64,000 bases of DNA from a virus. Both the position numbers and the translations under genes were made by a program. Numbering within the stretch: the first letter of the stretch is position 1; the number at the start of each line of letters is the position of its first letter. Under the pieces are notes generated by a model that made no database searches, was not told the DNA's origin, and saw nothing but the letters and a program-made list of their open reading frames with translations. The stretch covers positions 32,001 to 96,000 of IMG/VR virus record IMGVR_UViG_3300027917_001949; one strand, written 5' to 3'. Positions 56,149 through 64,000 of this stretch are shown here, piece by piece.

Positions 56149-56697
56149 TCATAGATGACCTCGTTCTAAAAATTCTTTCCTGCTGATTCGTTCTATGCTT
56201 GGTTGTTTCAAGTGATATTTAACCATAACGTCATCAACACCATACATCTCCATCCATAACCCATAATTTTGAGCAATAACCATTTTATGATTACCACCTT
56301 TCCAGAAGACATGCTGGTGTCCGTAGTTTATCGTGGCTAAGAATGGTATCCTGTTTTCGAGCAACCATGTAATCACCTCACCCTGATTACACATTATGTA
56401 ATATCCGTAATTAAGTTCAAACTTAAAATACTGGTCTACCTCAATAATAAAATCATCCTCATCAACTCTTGGTTCTGGTGGTATATTACTCTTATAGTCT
56501 GCGTCTCGACGAATTCCAAGTTCTAATTCACTCGGTGAGTCGTGATTAATGGCAAAGAAACCGTAGTCCTTGAGTAGCTTGATTTGCTTGTCCGACAAAC
56601 GTGGTTTTATGCCATGAATTTCATCTAGGATTAACCTGTGCCGAACTACAAAACTACTAGAACTACTGTTACTGACGAAACCGTGCCTGATTTTCAT
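56149..56697 (-). CDS. FVSNSSS-leader protein 7
   Basis: MKIRHGFVSNSSSSSF. Confidence 0.75.
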   Translation of the reverse strand: MKIRHGFVSNSSSSSFVVRHRLILDEIHGIKPRLSDKQIKLLKDYGFFAINHDSPSELELGIRRDADYKSNIPPEPRVDEDDFIIEVDQYFKFELNYGYYIMCNQGEVITWLLENRIPFLATINYGHQHVFWKGGNHKMVIAQNYGLWMEMYGVDDVMVKYHLKQPSIERISRKEFLERGHL

Positions 56698-57203
56698 TGC
56701 CATTCCTCGTGGTACATGTTACGACACCACCTACCATCACGCATTTCAGCTTCAACATCACCTGAGCAACCCTCACCATAGTCACCGATACGGAAGCAAT
56801 AAACGACTTTCCCAGGAAAATTTACCAGGAGTCTTTCGGCTCTCTCGATACACTTTTCCATGTATTCGCTATCCCATTCCCACTCATAATCCCACTTGTA
56901 GGCATCTGCTTCGGTTTCGTCATCGTAACGCCAACCACCTGTACGTATCAGTCTGGCTAATTCACTCCTTTTTCCATTGCCGGTGAAGCACTTAAACCTT
57001 TCTTTGCACGAGTCGCACTCTGGTTGCGGTGGGTTGCAAAGTAATATTCCTTTCTGTCGTTTCATCCACGTAAGTAATAACTCAGCTTCTTCAAGACTTG
57101 CACCTTTGGACATAAGTTCAATAGGCAGAGTCGGTCTCTTATCCAATACGATAAGAAAACTAGCCGAACTGCTATTACTTACGAAACCACTACGAATTTT
57201 CAT
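56694..57203 (-). CDS. FVSNSSS-leader protein 8, also carrying the CxxCxxRFxC motif
   Basis: MKIRSGFVSNSSSASF and CNPPQPECDSCKERFKCFT. Confidence 0.75.
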   Translation of the reverse strand: MKIRSGFVSNSSSASFLIVLDKRPTLPIELMSKGASLEEAELLLTWMKRQKGILLCNPPQPECDSCKERFKCFTGNGKRSELARLIRTGGWRYDDETEADAYKWDYEWEWDSEYMEKCIERAERLLVNFPGKVVYCFRIGDYGEGCSGDVEAEMRDGRWCRNMYHEEWQ

Positions 57204-57405
57204 GCTTTATCCATTGACTTGTCCAGCATGTGAATCTAAACTCACACCCACCACAAGCTTCGTTCTTCTCCATCCACGTTGCACTATTTTCACTTGCTTT
57301 AAATGTCACCGCTCGACATCTGTCCATGTATGACTGCATTGTATATGAATTTTCAGTGCCGAACGGTGACAATAATACATTGATATATCTAGTCTTACGT
57401 GTCAT
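57190..57405 (-). CDS. Small protein with CxxCxxRFxC motif
   Basis: CGGCEFRFTCWT. Confidence 0.6.
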   Translation of the reverse strand: MTRKTRYINVLLSPFGTENSYTMQSYMDRCRAVTFKASENSATWMEKNEACGGCEFRFTCWTSQWIKHENS

Positions 57406-59261
57406 CGCAATAGACTTATAAACGTATCCTTTTCAATGGTCTCAGGAGACAGGTCAATGTCGGCATCATCTGGTGAATCAACCATTTCCGCACCTGCATC
57501 AGATAGAACCTCAGCTAGGTCAATCGGATTCTTGTAGTAGTTGATTAACCACTGCCTGCTATGCTCTGAATAGTCATTTGAGCGTGACGTTATTGACCTA
57601 CCAAGATTTGTCTCGGCAAAGTAGAATCTCGTCATCTCAGAACCAGTAACCAATAACCCCAACATTTTTTGTTTGTCGGTTTGCGTAGAGTTTGTGATAA
57701 CCTCGACGTTATTAGGGTCAACGGTACGCTTGTTCCATAATCTTTCCTTGTTTGATGCTACTAATATCTTGAATGGTACAGGAACGCTCGCATTGTAATT
57801 GAAGTAGTTCAAGTACATTAGATACGCTTTTTCCTCTTTCTGCTTCTTCACGTAGTACAACTCTGTCGCACCATTACGTGCATCAGTAAGGTCACCTGAG
57901 AATAGAACCCTATCCTCGTAACGGTATGAGGCATCCCATCCAAATTTCGTGTTCAGTTCAACTAACGAAAGGTCAAGGTCGATTCTGTGACCATCGACAT
58001 TCTTCCAGTAGACACCGGCAACCATGTTCGTTGGTAACTCTACATAACTTCCAGATGGTAAGTTACCAGTAAACTGCTTCTCTGTAGCAGGAAGAGCATA
58101 GTGTATGGTATCAGGTATGTATACTTTCTTACCCTCTACATTACCTGCTATATCCTCAACGATTGAATACATCACATCATCAAGAACTGATGTAACTTCG
58201 TCCTGCTTAATAAAGCTGAATGACTTCGCATAACCACGCCCATTACGTATCCTATAAAGGATTGATGGTGACTCGCTCAACCTGAACTTAAGAGCATATG
58301 CAAGTCTAATCTTTCTGAATACATTTACGTCATTAATTGCATTAGCAAATGTTTCGTGGTCAAATGTACCCTGAGCTATCTTTGCTGTAACAAGATTAAG
58401 GTAGTCCTCCGGTAGTGGTGTGTGATGTTTAGGGGCAAGACGACGTACCTTGTTAACCAATGTCTTTAGTCTCTGATTAGTTCTGAATGCTAAGAACAGC
58501 GGTTTGAACCTGTAGAATATCTTTGCCAATTCCTGTAATCCATACTGCTTCTCGTAATCGGTGAATATTTTGGTTACATGAAGATTGTCTGTTGATTTGA
58601 TTTCCTGTATTACAGCACGGCTCTTGATTAGAAGAGTCTTACCGGTTGCCTTGTAGATGGCATAACGTAATAGCTCAGTCGGATTCTTTGGAATTAGACC
58701 GGCATATTCATATAGCATTATTTTGACTTCTTTATTCTTCACCTTTTCGAAGTCAGTGAAGTCAACAAACAGAGCAACCTCTACCACCGCTTTGATGGTG
58801 TCGGTATGTAATGCAATACCAGATTCAAGCATTGCTATCAGCTTCTCAGTTAGTTCCTCTTTCGTATACCCCTTGATGACAGTCAGCTTTATTTTATCCA
58901 ACTTCACCTTGGGAACGTTTAGAGCTTCATCCGGTATATACACATAGTCGCTGTCAATACCAAAAGCTTCGAAACCATAGGTAGTAAAGTAGTGCATGAT
59001 TTGCTCAATAACAAGTTGCTCGATACTGGCATCACGAACTTTTGCCCAGGATTTGTGGAAGGTGCTGTTCATTTGCTCGCCAGAAAGACCAACGGTCTTG
59101 GTGACCAGTTCGACTAACTCGTTATAGTTGGTATAATTAGCAATAACCTCCGGTGCAAAAACGAATCCGAGTGGTATCGTTCGTTTCATCAATGCTTCAT
59201 CGGTCTTTGTCTCCCTCTTGTTTATAGGTAATGCTCTGAATAATTTAATTGTTGCTTCCAT
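57402..59261 (-). CDS. Large helical (ROT/TROVE-like) protein with C-terminal TerD-like domain
   Basis: STFHKSW..EQIMHYFTTYG; C-terminal GVYW..RIDLDLS..GW..FSGDLTDA..GATE. Confidence 0.55.
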   Translation of the reverse strand: MEATIKLFRALPINKRETKTDEALMKRTIPLGFVFAPEVIANYTNYNELVELVTKTVGLSGEQMNSTFHKSWAKVRDASIEQLVIEQIMHYFTTYGFEAFGIDSDYVYIPDEALNVPKVKLDKIKLTVIKGYTKEELTEKLIAMLESGIALHTDTIKAVVEVALFVDFTDFEKVKNKEVKIMLYEYAGLIPKNPTELLRYAIYKATGKTLLIKSRAVIQEIKSTDNLHVTKIFTDYEKQYGLQELAKIFYRFKPLFLAFRTNQRLKTLVNKVRRLAPKHHTPLPEDYLNLVTAKIAQGTFDHETFANAINDVNVFRKIRLAYALKFRLSESPSILYRIRNGRGYAKSFSFIKQDEVTSVLDDVMYSIVEDIAGNVEGKKVYIPDTIHYALPATEKQFTGNLPSGSYVELPTNMVAGVYWKNVDGHRIDLDLSLVELNTKFGWDASYRYEDRVLFSGDLTDARNGATELYYVKKQKEEKAYLMYLNYFNYNASVPVPFKILVASNKERLWNKRTVDPNNVEVITNSTQTDKQKMLGLLVTGSEMTRFYFAETNLGRSITSRSNDYSEHSRQWLINYYKNPIDLAEVLSDAGAEMVDSPDDADIDLSPETIEKDTFISLLR

Positions 59262-59352
59262 TCTTCTCCCTCTGCCGGAAAGGGTGGTCATATTCACGGT
59301 ATTTCCGATTGTGGAACTAATCCACTCAGCCTGACCACCCTTCCGAACTAAT

Positions 59353-59406
59353 GCGGCGAGCAGTATAAAAATGCAAAGTTTATTTTATAGGAACTGCTTC
59401 TGCCGT
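59353..59406 (-). ncRNA. Small RNA motif, copy 2
   Basis: On -: cggc-aga-agcagt-tcctat...t-actgct-c-gccg. Confidence 0.6.
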
Positions 59407-59414
59407 TATTTACC

Positions 59415-59496
59415 TGAGCGAGTAGTAAATATCGCACAGCCATCCCACCCGTAGGTAGGTAGGCTGTAAGTCAGAAATAGGAACTACTTATGCTCA
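59415..59496 (-). ncRNA. Small RNA motif, copy 3
   Basis: On -: tgagc-ata-agtagt-tcctat...t-actact-c-gctca with an inserted hairpin. Confidence 0.6.
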
Positions 59497-60497
59497 TATT
59501 CCAAACTGAGATTATACACTGGACAACTTCTACAATTACTTAATACTCGTGTACGGAACATCTTTGTTTCCTCAGCATTCCACACATCTCGTACAAAATC
59601 CTCACATCCCAGTACATCCACACCGGAGAACTCGGGTTCACCCTCAGAAAAACTGCATGGGTATCCTATTCCATCGACATTAATGTAGTAGGAAAACAGT
59701 GTACTCTCACACGGTTCGGACATTGTTTTGTATAGTTCGTAATTCTTATCGTCCTTAACAGCTTCCAAGAAATTGTTAGCCGTACAACTATCGAATCCGA
59801 ACTTACCACCGACCTTGACCGCAAGGTCTATCAACTCTTTGAATTTCTCCATAGAGTCCAGTTGTTTTAGAGTATTCCTTTCCCCTTTCGGTTTTAACCA
59901 CAAGAACACTACAGCGTTTAATTTCGCTAGACGGGGGTCTGCAATCCGGTCACGCAGCACGTTGCAGCATTTTTCATAGGTTAGTTTTGAAAGGAGACAG
60001 TGTATGTTAACCTGTTCCATGCCTTTGTCTGTTAAATTCTTAACAGCATTGTAACAGGTATCCTTGTCGTAGAGACTGACGGCGACTGCACCGCAGGTTT
60101 TCACCAGTCGGTCATACCGCTCGTCAGTCATCCGTTCACCGTTTATGGTGACATTGGGGATAACGTTGTTATCACGACAGTAATCCATTATCTTCCACAT
60201 ATCGGGATTGCCGTCAATGTCCCCGATTCCGAAAGCAATTTGTGTGAGGTGTTTGGGGAATTTATCGAACATTGTCTTAAATGTTTCAAATTCCATGTAG
60301 TCACCGTACTTAATGTTAGATTTGTAACACCATAGACATTGTCTACTACATACAGTGCTAATTTCTATGTCCATTATCTCCGGTCCAAATGGCGACCAAT
60401 CAGGGTCATCATCTTCAGTCTTACCCCAACGAGCAAAGAACCCGTTAGTTGTGTTGAATACAAAATTATAATCCGGTGATTTGAATTCTTTAAACAA
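59484..60497 (-). CDS. Radical SAM enzyme with C-terminal Twitch/SPASM-like extension
   Basis: CSRQCLWCY (CxxxCxxC); PCES..YYINVDG..YPCSF..CRSCP. Confidence 0.9.
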   Translation of the reverse strand: MFKEFKSPDYNFVFNTTNGFFARWGKTEDDDPDWSPFGPEIMDIEISTVCSRQCLWCYKSNIKYGDYMEFETFKTMFDKFPKHLTQIAFGIGDIDGNPDMWKIMDYCRDNNVIPNVTINGERMTDERYDRLVKTCGAVAVSLYDKDTCYNAVKNLTDKGMEQVNIHCLLSKLTYEKCCNVLRDRIADPRLAKLNAVVFLWLKPKGERNTLKQLDSMEKFKELIDLAVKVGGKFGFDSCTANNFLEAVKDDKNYELYKTMSEPCESTLFSYYINVDGIGYPCSFSEGEPEFSGVDVLGCEDFVRDVWNAEETKMFRTRVLSNCRSCPVYNLSLEYEHK

Positions 60498-61558
60498 CTG
60501 CTTTCTCCAATATCGACATTAAGTGGTCGATATTATCTTTAATTTTGTCTGGTTCGATGTAGAAATATTTACCGTTAGTATAATCACCCCTGACAGCTAA
60601 TACCGACCGCCATAATTCCTCATCATCTCGGTCTGTGTCCAAGTTTAAGTGGAAAAAACAGCTACCACACGTCCAACCATTATGTTGGATACCACAGCCT
60701 GTTTTGTCCAACAGTAACCTCTTAAGTTTACCAAGTTTATAATTGCTGATAATCATTTATACTCCAATTTTCTCTGCAAAGTTTGCTACGTTGAGCATCT
60801 CGTCGATTAAATTATGTAGTCCGTTCGATAATTCTATGTAAACTTCTAATGGTATTGTTGGTTTCTCAATACGATTATCCCTAGTAAATGTCCTACTCCA
60901 ATTATCTGCCGCTGACCATCGTGACTTTTTCTGCTTTCTGGTTTGTCGTTGGTAATGGTCAAGATATAGTCGTGATTGCGACATGTCCACACTCATGTAG
61001 AACGTATATACTTCTCGCTCTAGGTCATTGACGTTATGTGTTATTTCGAATCTCATTTAATCCGTACCCATTTGTGCTTCTTCATATTCTCGAACAATAT
61101 CCCATCTCAGAATCAGTAGGAAGTATAATTCCTCAGCCGCTTCTTTGAGACGTAAACTTACGTCGAGTAGTTCGTCCATCGCTTTGGCTCGTTTCTTTGC
61201 TGCCCATCGTATCATTAACCAAGAGCAAACTCCGACGAACGCTGGAAGAGCAATACCAACCACCACTGCACCAGTTGTATTAATCATAGTGAAATGCTCT
61301 CTTTTCTGCCAGTTGTTTTTCGATGTCCATGCTTAATGAGTAAACTTCCATGATTCTCTGCATGTTTACATCATCATATTCAGCTTCGACTTCACGAACA
61401 TCTTGGTCTCTCGTCACAAATACCGGATAATCTTCCCAACTAAAGGTGTCGCACACAACAATCATATGCGTTAAGTCATCCGGTGAGTAACCATGCATAC
61501 GACAATAAAACTCTCGGTATTCGTTGCTTAACCACTCTTTTATTTCAGCAGTTGTCAT
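60490..61558 (-). other. Four small hypothetical CDSs (60490-60756, 60757-61056, 61057-61287 with TM, 61280-61558)
   Basis: Abutting ORFs between the promoter and the radical SAM gene. Confidence 0.55.
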
Positions 61559-61576
61559 ATCTTCTCCAGTATCTTT

Positions 61577-61605
61577 ATTATAACATGTGCCAGGAGATTT
61601 GTCAA
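61577..61605 (-). promoter_or_regulatory. Sigma70-type promoter heading the radical SAM/FVSNSSS region
   Basis: TTGACA-17-TATAAT with TG on -. Confidence 0.8.
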
Positions 61606-61618
61606 GACTGGGTAACGG

Positions 61619-62188
61619 CTATTCATAATCCTTTGATTGGAGTAACTTAATTGCATTAAGGAATTCATCAGCGTCCGGTAAGTCATCTAAGGCAAACACC
61701 GCCACAGGTTTAACGGTGTCGTAATCACCATCAGTATCGTAGTCATCAAACCTACCAATAATAGTAATATCTTCCCTATCGTTCTTATCTCGGTCTATTT
61801 TCATACCACCTTCAAACACTTCAAACGTGTTCTCGTCAAGGTCAATCACATATGCCCACTCGCAAAATAAACTGTCACCGGCGAAATCAATGTTGTTGAC
61901 CAGCTTCAATTTTCTCTTGCTGTTTTGAATCATTGGCAATAGCTTGGCACTGGTATCACGGCTAAATTCTGCACGGTCTGCCAGTGTCTTCTGTGGTATT
62001 TTATCGTATTCTGCACCGGTTATCCATGTTAATTTGTCTACCTGTTTCTCAAACTTCGGTCTGTCCCACGTATGCAAGAACTGTAAAATGTCAATCCCCT
62101 GACCGCTAGGATAACCATCCCATTGTCCGTATTGAGCAACCTTGTACTCACCACCTTTATACACACAAATTAAATGTCTCGTTCCCAC
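61619..62188 (-). CDS. Conserved phage hypothetical protein
   Basis: MGTRHL..VAQYGQWDGYPSGQG..DSLFCEWAYVIDLD; RBS ggagg before GTG. Confidence 0.7.
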   Translation of the reverse strand: MGTRHLICVYKGGEYKVAQYGQWDGYPSGQGIDILQFLHTWDRPKFEKQVDKLTWITGAEYDKIPQKTLADRAEFSRDTSAKLLPMIQNSKRKLKLVNNIDFAGDSLFCEWAYVIDLDENTFEVFEGGMKIDRDKNDREDITIIGRFDDYDTDGDYDTVKPVAVFALDDLPDADEFLNAIKLLQSKDYE

Positions 62189-62583
62189 TATAGTCCTCCC
62201 GTATGACGAAATTCTTTTTCGGTATAACAACGAAACCTATCGTAACAGTCATCACATGACTTCACTGTAAAGGTTTCTTTAAGAAACTCCATACTATCGG
62301 TGTCACCATCCTCTGCCTTTTTCCTGATAAACTCAATCATCTTTGGTGATGCACAGATTATGTCAGCATTGGCTTTGTCTTCTACCTCACAATTCAAACC
62401 ATGCGTGAACCCTATGCTTCTTCCTTCTTGATGGAGTGTGGCAATTTCCATGACCGCTTCTCCGGTAAGCTCTCGCAAGCATTTCGAAGCTTTTTTACGG
62501 ACACAAATATCCTTGCATCCGTTGTCATCAGACGGATACCACTCGCCTTGTGTATAGTTAGGTAACTTAATTCTAACTGCCAT
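62188..62583 (-). CDS. Protein with C-terminal CxxCxxRFxC motif
   Basis: YTQGEW..ANADIICASP; CDDCYDRFRCYT. Confidence 0.65.
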   Translation of the reverse strand: MAVRIKLPNYTQGEWYPSDDNGCKDICVRKKASKCLRELTGEAVMEIATLHQEGRSIGFTHGLNCEVEDKANADIICASPKMIEFIRKKAEDGDTDSMEFLKETFTVKSCDDCYDRFRCYTEKEFRHTGGL

Positions 62584-63283
62584 AACTGCTACGTGTTCCT
62601 TCGATGTATGTCCTACCCTCAATAATGAAGTCATCCAGTTCTTCTTCGTTGAGCCATTCCTTAATCTTGATGACTCGACCATTCCTAGTCGTCTCTCGTA
62701 TGACCTTTATTTGATTTGGCATCTCTTTTGCAAGCATTTCAAAGTTGTTGCGAACCACTCCAAGATAGTTAAAGTTTCTTTCGCACCACTTCACAGTACC
62801 TTCTTCCTGCCAACGTTCCTCAATTCGCTCAATGTTCCACTCTAATGGGGGAAGGAGAACGATGAACTTCTCCGGTTTTGGTGTGTTTGATATTTCATAT
62901 TGAAAATCAGCATTAATAAGAATCTTCTCAGCGTAATGAGCCGGTAACCACCCCATCTCCACACATGTACGCACATATGCGGTGTCATCAAGAAAACACC
63001 TGTCGCCAATCACAACTGACTTAGGTGGTTGTGTCATCGCATAGTTAAGGTTCTCCCTATGTTCAATACAGTGTAGTGCGTTTCTCCAAAGTTGGCGGCT
63101 GACATTATCTGTCAATCCCTCCATATGAGCTATTTGCTCTTTAACCCGACCAGTATCAAATTGTTTTAAGTCATCTATCAGCGTTGATTTGCCGACCCCA
63201 TGTGGACCACACAGATACACGATTTGTCTGTTGACCCTCGTATCAAACTCGAATACTGGTGGTGGTGTTATTTCACAAGTCAT
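62573..63283 (-). CDS. P-loop nucleoside/nucleotide kinase (dNMP/dNK-like)
   Basis: GPHGVGKST, IGDRCFLD, RIEER. Confidence 0.75.
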   Translation of the reverse strand: MTCEITPPPVFEFDTRVNRQIVYLCGPHGVGKSTLIDDLKQFDTGRVKEQIAHMEGLTDNVSRQLWRNALHCIEHRENLNYAMTQPPKSVVIGDRCFLDDTAYVRTCVEMGWLPAHYAEKILINADFQYEISNTPKPEKFIVLLPPLEWNIERIEERWQEEGTVKWCERNFNYLGVVRNNFEMLAKEMPNQIKVIRETTRNGRVIKIKEWLNEEELDDFIIEGRTYIEGTRSSYGS

Positions 63284-63636
63284 TCTTCGTCCTCCACAGT
63301 TACTTGAATGTGCCCAAATTCCGCAGGTACTTTAACGTGCCGTAACTCATCAGTATAAACCACGTCATTCTTTAATTCTGGTGTGGCTATTTTCTTAACT
63401 AAGTCACGGGCGGTCACATCTCGTAGTGACTTAACTCCCTTAAATGATGACAATGGTATCTCAATAGGTTCATTACGGTCTGTAAAACACTGAAATCGCA
63501 GACTACATTGCCCGCACAACGTATCAATGCTTCGCTCTCGCCCGTAACAATGATACTCCTTATATCTCTCGTTATCATAATTATGATTCTTGTCATCAAA
63601 TACTATTCGTATTACCTGACCATGGTCTCTACTCAT
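63280..63636 (-). CDS. Protein with CxxCxxRFxC motif
   Basis: CGQCSLRFQCFT. Confidence 0.65.
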   Translation of the reverse strand: MSRDHGQVIRIVFDDKNHNYDNERYKEYHCYGRERSIDTLCGQCSLRFQCFTDRNEPIEIPLSSFKGVKSLRDVTARDLVKKIATPELKNDVVYTDELRHVKVPAEFGHIQVTVEDEE

Positions 63637-64000
63637 AACAGTAAAACCTCTGTTTACATGATTTACATTTATTATCTCCCGTCCACCACTTCTCACACGT
63701 GTCTCGGAATGCGTTCATTTCGGCAATAATAGGTTTTGCATTAATGTCCTTGCTGAGTGGTGAATCAACTAGACGGAATTGCTTATCGACATGCTGATGT
63801 TGCATAGCATATTCGACAGCCTCTTTTATCTTAGTCCTTATATCTCTACCACGTTCGCTATTCTTTCCCCCACTATGAGCTATTGCCGCAGGATGGTATG
63901 ACACGATTACATCATAATTTCTCCAATCAAAGGTAGTGCAGACAATCTCTTTCATTGGTATCTTACCATTCCCACCAAGAGCTACGTACGGTACTTTACC
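63629..64000 (-). CDS. Partial uracil-DNA glycosylase-like protein with C-terminal CxxCxxRFxC motif
   Basis: Frame open to the window edge (GKVPYVALG..); SYHPAA; ends CKSCKQRFYCYE. Confidence 0.55.
   Translation of the reverse strand, partial: GKVPYVALGGNGKIPMKEIVCTTFDWRNYDVIVSYHPAAIAHSGGKNSERGRDIRTKIKEAVEYAMQHQHVDKQFRLVDSPLSKDINAKPIIAEMNAFRDTCEKWWTGDNKCKSCKQRFYCYE

Noticed and set aside
52997-57203. FVSNSSS leader as a type IV prepilin signal (basic-G/F), or the motif families as DNA repeats or mobile elements
   Set aside because: No hydrophobic helix or Glu+5 follows the GF; codons differ synonymously and there are no flanking repeats or transposase.
1887-63729. Numerous antisense ORFs inside long genes (e.g. 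9843-10343, 40720-41172, 45956-46522)
   Set aside because: Shadow frames opposite well-supported genes, with no motifs.

Overview
This is a 64-kb segment of a large dsDNA bacteriophage genome using the standard genetic code. Genes run on + from 1 to ~40.2 kb and on - from 64 kb to ~40.2 kb, converging on a terminator. In order: tail/adhesin genes (1-6 kb); a replication and nucleotide module (SSB, primase, DnaB, resolvase, ThyA, RNase H, PolA, dCMP deaminase, RecA; 7-23 kb); and a 17-kb RNA array with 34 tRNAs covering all 20 amino acids, an RNase P RNA, several aberrant tRNA-like RNAs and other structured RNAs, interleaved with small ORFs. The - arm carries a CCA-adding enzyme, peptide deformylase, an NfuA-like protein, a radical SAM enzyme and a TROVE/TerD-like protein. 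Four patterns stand out. (1) Nineteen ORFs start within 0-3 nt of a tRNA 3' end with no room for an RBS, suggesting 'tRNA punctuation' that releases leaderless mRNAs. (2) A portable C-x2-C-x2-R-[FY]-x-C-x-[TS] motif occurs in 26 otherwise unrelated proteins. (3) Eight clustered proteins share an N-terminal M[KR]xRxGFVSNSSS leader near NfuA and the radical SAM gene. (4) A small RNA motif with compensatory base changes occurs in three copies, two directly upstream of the TROVE/TerD-like gene. All assignments are by eye from motifs; no searches or folding programs were run. Several CDS starts were moved from the ORF track to more plausible internal starts.
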